From Catajapyx aquilonaris (lineage: Eukaryota): DNA of 41,021 nt. The DNA lies in contig KZ538908.1 of the NCBI GenBank assembly GCA_000934665.2, positions 1-41,021 of the forward strand, written 5' to 3'. Made by a program: the position numbers and the translations under genes. Positions within the stretch are counted from its first letter, which is position 1. Every line of letters begins with the position of its first letter. The notes under the pieces were generated by a model. It was not told the DNA's origin, ran no database searches, and saw only the letters and a program-made list of their open reading frames with translations. Below are positions 22,601 to 32,730 of the stretch, one piece after another.

Positions 22601-25600
22601 CTGCGTGCCTGTGGCGTCACAGCACGCCTGGGCCAGCGGGAGCCCTCGACACACCCACATGTCAAGTCCCAGGAGGCAGCAAAAAAAGAGGAGGGCAGTC
22701 GGTTGGCAGTACTTTCTGTTCAGAAAAGAGAGAACGATGTACAAATTGGACAAAGTGCGACATGGAAGCTCTGGTCCTGCCGCTTTTGACTTTCAAAGGG
22801 AATCTCGGGAGGTGTAATGCAAAATTCACGTTCAAATTAAGTATTTTGGGTTCTTCATCTGCTAGGAAGACACATTTCCGGAAAAACCCTCAATCTCAAG
22901 CAGGTTTGAAATGCGGAGGTGCAAATTTAAAAAACTGAACCCTTTATGATAAGCCTCGATGAAGATATTACGTATAACCAAGAGGAGCTATAAGACAGTG
23001 ACTTGGACGCGAATTTCATGATCTATCACGTAAATAGAAATTATACAGTGTATATATCAATTGACTCGCTTTGCGAGCCGGGGGGGCGGAGCCCCACCGG
23101 ACCCCTCCGTGGGGCTGCGCCTGTATTCCGCCTAATCCATCCGGTTACAGAAATCAGTGACGTCACCGGTAGCGATGAGGAGTTTCCGAACGTGCCCTCT
23201 CTGACGTATCGTTCAAAACAGCGCTTGGGATGACAGGTGGGACCATCTGTGACGTATCATTCCAACGGCAGGTTTCAGCTGTGGGTTTGAGTGACAAGCG
23301 GGTGGAGAGGAGTGGGTGGTCCATTGTTCTCGGGGATCCGGGGGAGTTTGCGGATACATTAATTTCGCGATCTCGGGTTTGCGTCTACATTTAATTTGGC
23401 AATCTCCAAAACGGCTGGGAATTTTGCGATTATGAGGATTTTTGGCATCGGTATACCCGAAGCTAGAAATCCAACGGGGTATGTCCGAGATCTCTGCGAC
23501 GCCGGGAAGTGCGAAATCTTTTTCATCATCCTCCTCCTCGTCGGATAGGGGCTTTATATATATTAGAAGATGTTATAAATGGGGAGATGTGGTGGCCGAG
23601 ATGGTAATGTCTCGGCTTGCAGAGTGAAAGGTCTCAGGTTCGATCCCCGCCTGGGAGTTCCCTTTCACCTGCGTCAGGAGGGTCTCTGACCTGCACCTTG
23701 AATAAGGAGGATGTTCCAACAGCTCCCATTCCCATTTCTGAAGAAACTTTCCGAACAGCAAAGACCACATGACAGCAAGGGTTGTCGGGGAAGACAATGG
23801 GTTCCCTCTACAGCAAATCCTTCCTCTTAAGGCGAATTTCTGGGTGGAGATGATGTTGTAATTATGGTATTGCCGTTGCTTTGCTATTTTCAATGCCAAT
23901 TCCGTGCATGTCCATTATCGGTCCATATCCAACAGTTGTCACAGCTTCGACATGGGTCAGGTCGGTTGTAGTACGGGAGGGGGCCTTCTTTAAATTCTTG
24001 TACGAACCTTGCAATGGTAAGATACGGGAGCCAGAATCATCACACGTCTGCACAAGACCTTGATGGTGCTGTCTGGGTGGTGGTGGTGGTGGTGGTGGTG
24101 GTGCAGGACGTGCACGCAACTTTCGCTCTTACGGATGTTGCACCTCGGGTGTTTCACAGCGGGACGTCATAAAAGTATAAAGCTCAAGGTTTTTTTCACA
24201 GTTTTTAACTAAGTACTAGGAGTATCCATGGCCAAAATTTCAAATTTTCGCCGGCCTTGGTGGTCTGGTGGTTAGCCCGCTCACCCCTGGTCACAAAGTT
24301 GTGGGTTCGAACCCGGCCGAGGTCGGTGACTTTTCTCCGGGTGGTAGAAAAGTGAGAGTGCGCCTTCCTTCAGAGGGGAAGTAAAGCAGTCAGTCCCGTG
24401 TGCTTGTCACATTGCGCGAGTGCATGTTAAAGATCCCCAGGGTGACCAACATTCCAGAAGGAGGAAACACCCTCTAGCATCGGTGTTGAGCCTTAGCGGC
24501 AGAAATAGGCCGACATTAAGCCCCACTGAACAGGCCCCCCCTTCGAGATATTTGACCTTGAAATCCGCAAATTTCGAACTTTTTCTAACTGCGGACCGAA
24601 CAATCGGCCAGAAGCGCTTGCAAGCCCGGATTTATTTCACCATGGCTGGATACCCTTCCAGTCAGAGTCCTTGAAAAGAAATATTCCACCCTGGGATTTC
24701 AAGCCCTTTTAGTTTTACAGGCCTTTGAAATTGGAAAAATTTCTCGTTTTGATAGCTATTGAAGCCCATTAAAGTCCCAGTTACAAAGGTTTTATCCTAC
24801 ATATTCTGAAAGGCCAAGATCTCCACTTTCAGGAAGTGAAAACCAGAACATCCTACCTTGAATAGATACCAAATAGTAGCCTTTTTTCAGAACCCTTACA
24901 AATGCTCGTTTTTGCTCGCCGTAGTGAAAAAAAATGAGTATAAATCCAACATGGTGGCAGATAAAAAATTAACAAAAGGTTTCAGCAAGTCAATATCAAG
25001 GCCACCCATGGTGACAATATTAAAAATTAACTAGATGGTCGAGCAACCATCAAATATATAATTGGCTGATTTCACATGGAATGACCCGTACGTGTAAGTA
25101 AAAATCTATGTGATAACAGTATAGCTGGTACTCTGCAGTCCAGTCCTCATCGCATAGAACCTAGATTGTAGGTGGCTGGGGGCGAAGGGGTTAATACACT
25201 TTTGTACATGACAGTCAACAGTACATTACAGTCAACTCCCGATGTACCAGCCTCGGTTATGACAGACTCTTAGTTATAGCAGACTCAAAAGGCTGGTCCC
25301 ACCAGTCTTCCGTAAGGACCTGTGTATTTTCACTCTGGCCCCTCTGGCTGCCGGGGACAACAAGGAAATTACAAGAAAATTACACATTTTTTCTTGGCTC
25401 TGCGTAATTTACGGATTAGCTAATTTTTCATTTCGTGGATAGTTTCATTAATAAGTATGCAGTAGTGTACATTATAGGCATACAGGAGGTAGAAAACTTT
25501 GTGTATGCCTATTCGTTGCAAAAATGACAATTTGGCTATAACTGACCTCGGGTATAACAGACCCAAAGTCTCTTGAAGTCCATTATATCCAGAGTCTGCT

Positions 25601-28600
25601 GTATAACTAATACAACTGACCTTCAATGTCTCCATACACATTAGGCCTCTTCTTCCTAGGACTTTGAACTGGAGATGGCTTGAAATCATCGTCCTGATCT
25701 AGACCTTCTGCCAAAGAGCCACCCTACAAAAAAGTGCAACAATTGAAATGATGTAGTAACAAACAGTTGGGCCAGCTTTAAAAGTGAAACTGGCATAAAA
25801 TCCTAACTACAGTCTAGTGAAACCTGTCAATCAACTTGCTTCATTATATTAAAACTTTCTGAATGGAAGAGGCTCCATTATATGAGGTCATTGCATTAAA
25901 TATTCTCTGTTGGGAGGAGCAAAAGTCCCACAATCCGTAGCCTCAATCCCTGGGAAAGGACCCACAACAAGCACTTAAAAACTATTCTGGAAAAGTTTGT
26001 GGAGATGAGTCCCCTCCTACCACTGCTCCCACTACCTCTCCCCAAGATAGAGTCACATGTATCATGGCTAGTTACAAGGAGTGGGAAAAGCCTCTGCTAG
26101 GTTTGGAGTATTTGGAGACGAAGAGCTAACTGGAGTTTTGTAGCAGTTTCTGCCAGTCTTTTGTGGAGTAACAGGGAGCTAGGTAATTCAGGTCGAGCTG
26201 CACCAATGGCATGATACATGGGAAGATCTACTGCACACATGCACACAAAATAATCAAGGTTTTGTCCCATAAAGGGGGAGCCATCAATGGTCAGGTGATA
26301 CAATACCTAGGGCCGATTTCTCGAACAGTGGTTCAAGTCAGTTTGAACTGGGTATGTGTCTACAGGTGGATTTCATTTAACCTCCTCTTCCAAGTTTGCG
26401 CATTTCACGAACGTTTTCCAACCCTCGGTTATTAGCCAAACCCCATTCCGTTAGAATTGCGCCGTTGCCACATTTTGAGTCCTCCCCATCGCCCAAAACC
26501 GGTTTGAAATGCTGCCCGAGTGTTGAGGGCCAGAGGTTCTTAACTTGGGGTGCGAGCAAGGTGCACCCCTGGACTTAATCTAACTATGAACTTATTCAAT
26601 CACCCCTGGTATAGGGGGTACGACAAGGACCTACTGTCTTCAAATGGGTGCAGAGGCCCGAAAAGGTTAAGAACCCCTGGTTTAGGGGGCGTAAAGAAAC
26701 GCTAGTCAGCAAGTATTGAAGGTGGAGAGAGCGACATTTGAAAGGTGCCAGTGGCTTAAAATCTCAAGACGAGCAGTAGTTGATTTATAGGGGAGACAAT
26801 GTAATTGCGCCTGATGGAATGCTGTTTACACAGTACACAAGTATGAAACTGGATGTGAAATGAATTTTGTGTTTAATCCTTTGTCTCCTGCAGTATTCTG
26901 AACGCTTCATGTGGTGGTTTAAAAAGAGCGCCCTAGGTGAAAATCACTGGATCTGGCACCATTGGTTTCACTCTCGATTCATGCACAAGATTGCGAGATT
27001 GCAGATTGCGAGATTGTCATTCCTCCCCTACGCGCACAACAAGCCTCGTGCTGGGTGGTCAGTATACTATTCTGTAGATGTGTTTGTCTCAAACAAATGC
27101 AACTTTGTTTTTGTGTTAGAAATTTCAGCATATGTAGGTACTGTACTGTACATGTCCAATAATGGCACCCAGCATGTGTTCACTTATCTGGGCAGGATGC
27201 TGTGAGTTAGGTATGGTTAGGACATTCTATAGTACTGGTACCCTGATGGCCATGATGAACATTGTGTGGCCAGAGGACGTTAGGGTGAAACTAATACACT
27301 ACCCCTGAAATAATTCTCAAAAAACTGTCGCCTTGGACAGTCGAAATCGAGAACGGAAAGTCTCCTCATTGTAGGTGTCAAGGGATGGTGTGGTACCTGA
27401 TTACCCTGAATATGCGAGGAGGAGGCAAGACTACATCGAAGACGTCGATGAAAAACTCATCTTCTTCGGATGAGTCTGCGTCCAGACCGACATTCTCATC
27501 TCCCCTCCCAGCACTGCAAACCTGGGGTATTCCCGATAACAGCCGGCAGTCGGGCCATCAGATGTGAACCCAGTTTAAACCTCATCCTGGCTTTACTTTT
27601 GCCTCAAGAAATGGAAATTTCTCTGAACTGGGATTAAACCACAGTTGAACCGGGTTTACATTTGAACCACTGTTTGATAAATCAGCCCCTAGTGCTATTT
27701 CAATCTGCTAAATATTGGAAGTTGTTGCTGGATGTAGATATGTTCTGACAATTTTCAGAAAGGGCGACCTAGCCACAGCTCCTCTCCCTCCCACCCACCC
27801 AATTAGCTTCTAGTACAGTAAAACTTCTATAAGTCGAATCTCCATGGGACAGGGAAAAAACTTCGAGTTATAGAAGATTCGAGTTAGAGAAGTTTGGCGT
27901 TTTTTAAACACAGAACTCTATAAGGAAGCCTACCTTTATATCCAGCGATGAAAGGTGTTCAATACTTAAAAATTACTGTCACTATCACACTTACAATGTT
28001 CCTCGTTGTTTTGTTGTAAAAAAATCTCCATTATGGACATTTGCCTCCTCTTAGATTCAAGGATTCAATTGTCACAATTGAGTCAAACACTACTTTCAGT
28101 ACGGCTGGTAGACGGAGATCAGGAAATGGAGCCTTTCTGTACTATCAGTCCACCAAGAATTGTCGTAGCGGCAGCGCACGAACTACAGTTACGAGCACTT
28201 CTCCCCCCGGAAGTGCTCGTAGACTGTAGTTCGTGCGCTGCCGCTACGACAATTCTTGGTGGACTGATAGTACATGTGGCCTACTCTCGACCCTTCGGCT
28301 GGGAAATGAGACAATTTTCCTTACTCGCCAACATGACCTTCGAATTAGGCAGACTGAAAATGCATTGATATCCCATCGTAAGGCCCTGCCTGCACTTCGA
28401 GTTATGGAGAAATTCGAGTTAGGGAAGTCCATTTCCTATTATTTTATATTGGGACCAACCAAGCTCATAATTTTTACTGTGTTCCATCTGCTCCTGCCTC
28501 TGATTGGTGCTTTATGAAACAGCATCATGTCACATCCCTTTCTAAAAATGGTTCAACTCTACAAAAATGCCTAGCTATTTAAATAAACAATATTAATTTT

Positions 28601-31295
28601 ATAATTCTCTATCAGCCACTCAGTAAAGTTGTTGCAAGCTAAGTGCACTGCTTTCTGTGTTTCCCCAGCCCTCTTCTTGTGGTCAGGTATGGTGAGGCCT
28701 GGAAAACCCCAGAAAGCAGTTAGTTAGAGCTGGTGGTAATGATTAAAAGTGTCATGACATTTACCTGTCATTAATTATTTGTAAGTCCAAGCCTAGCTTG
28801 ACAAATTAAAATTTCTGTGCTTTCCAATCTCTTCTTGCAGCCCTTTCATATATTTAAAAAATTGCAACACAAAGTTGTAAGGTCACCACATTGCTACCCT
28901 TTGGTCTCAGCTGATTGTCACTTTCGCCATTCTTGCTTTAATTTTCTTCATTAACATTCTCTTGCACCCGTTCCACCAAAAAATTCAAGCTCAGGGCAAA
29001 AAAGGTGACCTACAATCTCTGGATCTTATCTGTTGCGATTTTTTAGCCTCTATCCCAGCGGTTCTTAACCTGGTGTGCCCTCACCCCCAGGGGTGCAAGG
29101 TGGTTCCCCTTGGGTGTGAGCAAGGTGCACCTCTGGACTTAGTCTAACTAGGGACTTAATCAATCACCCCTGGTTTAGGGGGGTGCAACAAGGACCAACT
29201 GTCTTCAAAGGGGTGCGGAGGCACGAATATGTTAAGAACCGCTGCTCTATCCAGTATGTTACAACAAGTCTCACAACAATGCCATAGCAAAGTTGGTGAT
29301 TGTAAATTTGGTTAAATTGCAAAAGACAACCTGTGATCGTGTCACACGCCTGGGCCTAGTATTCTCAACAGGGTCGATTGTAGTTCTTCGCTTGCGCTTC
29401 GTTGGTTCCTTTTTAGGAGTATTTTCCCCAGTTGAGACCAAAAACTCTGCAGCATAGGAAGTCCACTGGAAAAGGAAGGAACATTATTATTCACATACCC
29501 CAAATTCAGTGATCAGTGTAGTGACATTTTGTTAATAAATAAAACCTGTTTATTAATTATACAGTATTTCTAATATTGCACTTGGATAAAAGAGTGCTCT
29601 TTCCTTCATAAGTCTCCTTAAAATTAGAAAAATAATGTCTTAGTACTTGTCAGCCAATCAGTGCAGGCCACTCCAGGCAATAATGGCCATGCTGATTTAA
29701 CCAAGGATTTAACACCTGAAGGGCTTCGGCTAGAAAAAGCTCAAGGGGTCATTCCATGTCAAATCATCACAGTTTGGAATTAAAATAGGCCTTGACCCCT
29801 CAGATTTTGATGAAACTTGGTGTATCTAGTGTCCTTACATAGTTATGAATGAAAACCAAAAGAAATAATTTTTTGGCCTACCATTCAAGAGTTATTAAAT
29901 ATTAAATATTCCAATTTTGACTAAAAATTGCTGCGTCTTGAAATACTCAAGTATTATTTTCTCAGGAACCAGATGAGATATAAACCTGGGGAATGTCTCA
30001 TATTGAAGGTCTTTCCATGGGCTTTAATTTGATATGTAACACGGCAAAGGTTATCATATTTATTAAAAAATTTAAACTCAATTAAATCTTTAAATTTAAA
30101 TATTTCAAAAAATGATATTTTTAAAATTTTGAAAAAATTCCCAAAATTACTTTGTACTATCCTCTTGCATCTCCCAAAGTGTCATTTTGGGATCGCTATG
30201 GGATCAGGTGATACAGAGAGTACACGTTTCACACATGCCGGAAAATACCCATCATACCCAATCGAGGTTTTCACAAAAGTCACTTATATTGCCAGTAGCT
30301 TTAAAAATCATGATAGTGCTTAATAAACATTTCATTCTTAGTGTATATCAACTAAATAATTGACTTAAATGTATTTAAAAAATTTAAAAAAAATTTAAAA
30401 AAACATTTGTTTTTTTCGGGGTAAGTTGATGAAACAATTTTTTTCTTATACATTTAAGTCAATTATTTAGTTGATATACACTAAGAATGAAATGTTTATT
30501 AAGCACTATCATGATTTTTAAAGCTACTGGCAATATAAGTGACTTTTGTGAAAACCTCGATTGGGTATGATGGGTATTTTCCGGCGTGTGTGAAACGTGT
30601 ACTCTCTGTATCACCTGATCCCATTGCGATCCCAAAATGACACTTTGGGAGATGCAAGAGGATAGTACAAAGTAATTTTGGGAATTTTTTCAAAATTTTA
30701 AAAATATCATTTTTTGAAATATTTAAATTTAAAGATTTAATTGAGTTTAAATTTTTTAATAAATATGATAACCTCTGCCGTGTTACATATCAAATTAAAG
30801 CCCATGGAAAGACCTTCAATATGAGACATTCCCCAGGTTTATATCTCATCTGGTTCCTGAGAAAATAATACTTGAGTATTTCAAGACGCAGCAATTTTTA
30901 GTCAAAATTGGAATATTTAATAACTCTTGAATGGTAGGCCAAAAAAATTATTTCTTTTGGTTTTCATTCATAACTATGTAAGGACACTAGACACACCAAG
31001 TTTCATCAAAATCTGAGGGGTCAAGGCCTATCGCTGTGATGATTTGACATGGAATGACCCCAAGGGCTATCCCCAAGTCCCCCATGTGTACACACATACG
31101 AGCTTAGCATTTAAACACACATGCAAAAACTGACGGCCACATTGCAACTCAAGAAATAACATGCAATAAATCTTGGCAGCCTGTAATGCATGAATATCTG
31201 CAACACCAACTTACTTTGTCTGCTAGGGCCATTTTCTCTGCATGGCCGCCTTTGTTCTTGAGCTGGGCCGCTCGGAGTTGTTCGTAGTAGGACAT
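7478..31295 (-). CDS. Spliced gene (8 coding exons, 1059 nt, 352 aa) encoding a stand-alone SRA/YDG-domain protein (UHRF1-type SRA, no other UHRF1 domains)
   Basis: Manual splicing of 31295-31215, 29465-29331, 25723-25621, 21267-21056, 15145-14992, 14934-14816, 14751-14713 and 7693-7478. All introns are GT..AG and phases are compatible (0,0,1,0,1,0,0), giving one ORF with a complete SRA domain from VYGDIEGIEVG through [16 protein letters not shown] and GYRYDGLY to YLLRR. Confidence 0.85.
8165..8730 (-). mobile_element. Non-autonomous Helitron-like repeat (same family as 23051-23570)
   Basis: Shared block tccaaaacggctggg.attttgcgattatg.ggatttttggcatcggta...gggaagtgcgaaatctttt...ggggctttat. 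Confidence 0.6.
8790..8984 (-). mobile_element. Degenerate tRNA-derived SINE resembling polyneopteran Lm1/Talua-type SINEs
   Basis: Minus strand: B box gggatcaaatccc, then ggttttctgtggtttccca...ccagg.aaatt...ggccacagccgcttccttcc. Confidence 0.65.
9884..10173. repeat. 290-bp near-perfect GC-rich palindrome without obvious TSD
   Basis: Arms are almost identical; near-mirror-image ORFs 9862..10131(-) and 9926..10192(+). Confidence 0.9.
14453..14631. mobile_element. Short Harbinger-type MITE (family of 6744-7188)
   Basis: agccgtatttacatgtgagc / gctcgcatgtaaacgtggct; TTA/TAA flanks. Confidence 0.75.
14713..14751 (-). CDS. SRA gene 39-nt micro-exon 7: [13 protein letters not shown]
   Basis: Follows a 64-nt intron; acceptor TTTTTAG and donor GTAAGA; symmetric phase 0-0. 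Confidence 0.75.
14816..14934 (-). CDS. SRA gene exon 6: [39 protein letters not shown]
   Basis: C-terminal SRA strands (GKSGF.V.RYLLRR...P.W); follows a 57-nt intron; donor GTGAGA. Confidence 0.93.
14992..15145 (-). CDS. SRA gene exon 5: [51 protein letters not shown](G)
   Basis: Contains the PVRV.RG and GYRYDG (YDG) signatures; acceptor CTTTAG and donor GTATGT. Confidence 0.95.
15832..16519. mobile_element. hAT (Charlie/Buster-like) non-autonomous element, 8-bp TSD ATTTAAAT
   Basis: TIR CAGTGGTTCCCAACC; identical 8-bp flanks; contains an N gap. Confidence 0.88.
16637..17411. mobile_element. piggyBac-type MITE
   Basis: TTAA TSD; TIR CCCTAATAAGACGGG. Confidence 0.88.
17761..18835. mobile_element. 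Foldback element with arms built from ~155-bp tandem modules; Academ-like termini
   Basis: Termini TAGTCCRGGCCCTAAGCG; 3-bp TSD TAA; modules start near 17788, 17939 and 18098 and are mirrored in the right arm. Confidence 0.85.
19043..19390. repeat. Degenerate inverted repeat (~85-bp arms), probable old MITE
   Basis: ctgttggacgcagcatcctggacactcgg / ccgagtgtccagcatgcagcgtccaacag. Confidence 0.7.
19477..20294. mobile_element. hAT/P-like element with 8-bp TSD GTCAAAAC containing an inverted mini-copy of its own family (19669-19831)
   Basis: TIR CAGGGATGGAAAAA occurs four times; many subterminal ACCGCTTC motifs; identical 8-bp outer flanks. Confidence 0.85.
21056..21267 (-). CDS. SRA gene exon 4: core SRA pocket ([27 protein letters not shown]...[32 protein letters not shown])
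   Basis: Clear SRA motifs (VAGIH, GAYS, GGYE, FTYTG.GGRDL); acceptor TTTTCAG and donor GTAAAT. Confidence 0.95.
21694..22170. mobile_element. Degenerate Tigger/pogo-type MITE
   Basis: TA-CAGTAAATCC...CAACTG-TA with the typical subterminal ggtcccttga..cccata..ccaatggtaa. Confidence 0.55.
22189..22445 (-). mobile_element. tRNA-derived SINE with V-domain-like core (family B), (CAT)n tail
   Basis: B box agttcgaaccc; core ttctctccgtgttcgcgtgggttttctcggggttctcccatttcctcccaca. Confidence 0.85.
23051..23570 (-). mobile_element. Non-autonomous Helitron-like element
   Basis: Minus strand starts TCTTCTAATATATATAAAG and ends with GC hairpins (gccccacgg..ccggtggggc; ctcgcaaagcgag); homologous to 8165-8730. 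Confidence 0.65.
23581..23697 (+). mobile_element. 3'-truncated SINE family A copy
   Basis: Near-identical to the head of 3786-3910. Confidence 0.85.
23698..24150 (-). pseudogene. Decayed mariner transposase fragment
   Basis: Minus-strand pieces RKLRAR, TCDDS, DMHGI, PIVFPDN..CHV and [17 protein letters not shown], in mariner order, with frameshifts. Confidence 0.75.
24249..24540 (+). mobile_element. tRNA-derived SINE (family C), possibly with Meta-type core
   Basis: A box tggtctggtgg, B box ggttcgaaccc; core gtcccgtgtgc...gcatgttaaagatcccc. Confidence 0.75.
24541..25087. mobile_element. Right part of a Sola2-like element (same TIR family as 29746-31060)
   Basis: Ends gatttcacatggaatgaccc; left TIR not found. 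Confidence 0.55.
25229..25601. mobile_element. Tigger/pogo-type MITE adjacent to the exon 3 donor
   Basis: TA-CAGTCAACTCCCGAT ... ATCCAGAGTCTGCTG-TA; repeated cctcggttat..cagac motifs. Confidence 0.65.
25621..25723 (-). CDS. SRA gene exon 3: [34 protein letters not shown](G)
   Basis: Acceptor TTTTTTGTAG and donor G|GTCAGT. The phase-1 end joins exon 4 to form VYGDIEGIEVG, the start of the SRA domain. Confidence 0.88.
26310..27688. mobile_element. Harbinger-like non-autonomous element, CTA TSD
   Basis: Termini GGGCCGATTTCTCGAACAGTGGTTCAA / TTGAACCACTGTTTGATAAATCAGCCC; hosts a hAT MITE. Confidence 0.7.
26531..26679. mobile_element. hAT MITE (family of 29056-29244) nested in the Harbinger-like element
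   Basis: cagaggttcttaac / gttaagaacccctg; internal sequence shared with 29056-29244. Confidence 0.8.
27816..28479. mobile_element. Tigger/pogo-type MITE
   Basis: TA-CAGTAAAACTTC start; repeated ttcgagtta motifs at both ends; ends tttttactg. Confidence 0.7.
28142..28270. mobile_element. 129-bp near-perfect hairpin mini-MITE, TA flanks, nested in the Tigger-like MITE
   Basis: ctatcagtccaccaagaattgtcgtagcggcagcgcacgaactacagt and its exact reverse complement. Confidence 0.88.
29056..29244. mobile_element. hAT MITE, 8-bp TSD CTCTATCC
   Basis: TIR CAGCGGTTCTTAAC; perfect TSD. Confidence 0.92.
29331..29465 (-). CDS. SRA gene exon 2: [45 protein letters not shown] (basic, NLS-like)
   Basis: Strong acceptor TTCCTTCCTTTTCCAG; 135 nt open in phase 0; weaker donor CAG|GTTGTC. 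Confidence 0.7.
29746..31060. mobile_element. 1.3-kb foldback element (~620-bp arms), Sola2-like, 4-bp TSD CAAG
   Basis: TIR GGGTCATTCCATGTCAAATCATCACAG; identical mirror ORFs 30129..30323(+) and 30499..30693(-); AT-rich ~90-bp centre. Confidence 0.9.
31215..31295 (-). CDS. SRA gene coding exon 1: [27 protein letters not shown]
   Basis: ATG in ACAATGT context and consensus donor AAA|GTAAGT, phase 0. It lies at the edge of a CpG-rich region, and the YEQLR helix resembles the N-termini I recall for SRA-only proteins. Confidence 0.75.
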
Positions 31296-31925
31296 TGTCT
31301 ATGCCCACAAAATGCAACAAGTGATGATGGGGACGGCAGAAGGGGGACGGATGAGAGTGAAGGGGAATTCCAGGAGTCCAGCGGATGAACCGATGAAGAG
31401 TATGCAATGGAGTTCGTAGCTAGCTCAGAAGCACGCTCAGAAGGGACGCCATCATACCAGCACGAGCACGAACGAGCACGAATCCGGGTCTGTCCGCTCG
31501 TGGTCCGCTCTATCGGAACCGGCAGCAGACACCTTTTGGCGGGAGCACACCACAAGGCAACACAAAAAAAGTACGTTAGCGCCTAGCGGAAGCTCGAAGC
31601 TGGCAAGGGTGGCCAAGTGCAGGAGGCCGTAACGCAGGAGTGTCACACAGGATTGCACAATGTTCGTTTATTAAATCGTTAATATCTGGGTAATAATTAT
31701 AAATTCAAATTATAATTTCATATCGTATATATTATGTTAACTATTTTTTTTATTTTGGCTCCAACGCTCTGGCGGAGTCGGGCTGGACTGGCCAGTGGCC
31801 ACGGACTGGCGGAGTGGGAGTATACTATATGGCCGCAGTTTCAACACGAGTTTCAATCACGTGGTTTAAATCCTTTATTTAACACATGATTTCAACATTT
31901 GTCCGGCTCCGGCAGCCAGCGTAAT
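31296..31925 (-). promoter_or_regulatory. CpG-rich 5' UTR/promoter region of the SRA gene
   Basis: Visibly CpG/GC-rich blocks (31380-31660, 31755-31830) immediately upstream of the ATG, in contrast with CpG-poor intronic sequence. TSS not determinable. Confidence 0.5.
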
Positions 31926-32730
31926 TTGCTTATGTTTTGAATAGTAGCTACCAAAAATGAGGAGGCCTCTTATGCTAGTATGCACCTATACACATGTTTG
32001 CCTTTCAAACAACATAAAATAACTGGCAACTTTTAAGTATTTCCATAAGGACAACGCGACAACCACGGTATAGTTCCAGGGTTCTTTGCTGCCACACGTA
32101 GGCCTACTCGAAGAAAACAAAAAACACGCACCGTATCTCCGTATGACTATAGTTTAAGGATTAAGAAAATGGGCAGTCTCTCCAGGCAGCTTGTAAAATT
32201 GTTGACGAAATATTACTATTGGCACCTATTGGCAAGAGCTCTTCCTGTTGGCAATGTGCTTTCATTCTACCCCTTCTGGCCTTATAATGACAAACAATCC
32301 TGTATAGTACAATATTACAATAGGCCTACTGTAGAACAGGGTGGACTTGGCCACAATACCAAAAATGTCACGAATAAAATATTTAAAGTAACACGTCATG
32401 AAAATGAGACTTCAAATCACGTCATGCAGCTTTTAGCATGTACACACACACAAAAAATCACCTGTGCCAACAACCCAACATAGGTACGCAAGGAAATAAA
32501 TGTTAGAGGCAACAGGCGACCTCATGGAAGCAACCAATTTTCATAGCTCATGCCAAATTTAATAACAAATAAAGAATTTGTGAAGCAAGCATCTTGTCCA
32601 TTTTTAGGATATAAAGGTGAACCATTTCAGTGGTGGGGAATATTTATTAGTTTATATTCGAAGGTTGGATTTTAAATAGTGGCAACACTGCGATAGTTTC
32701 AAAGGAAATCTTTAATTAACTTGTTATATA

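Noticed and set aside
30129..30693. Two identical 64-aa ORFs on opposite strands
   Set aside because: They are mirror images produced by the foldback arms, with a TTG start and no protein motif. The same logic applies to the ORF pairs at 9862-10192 and 32699-33361.
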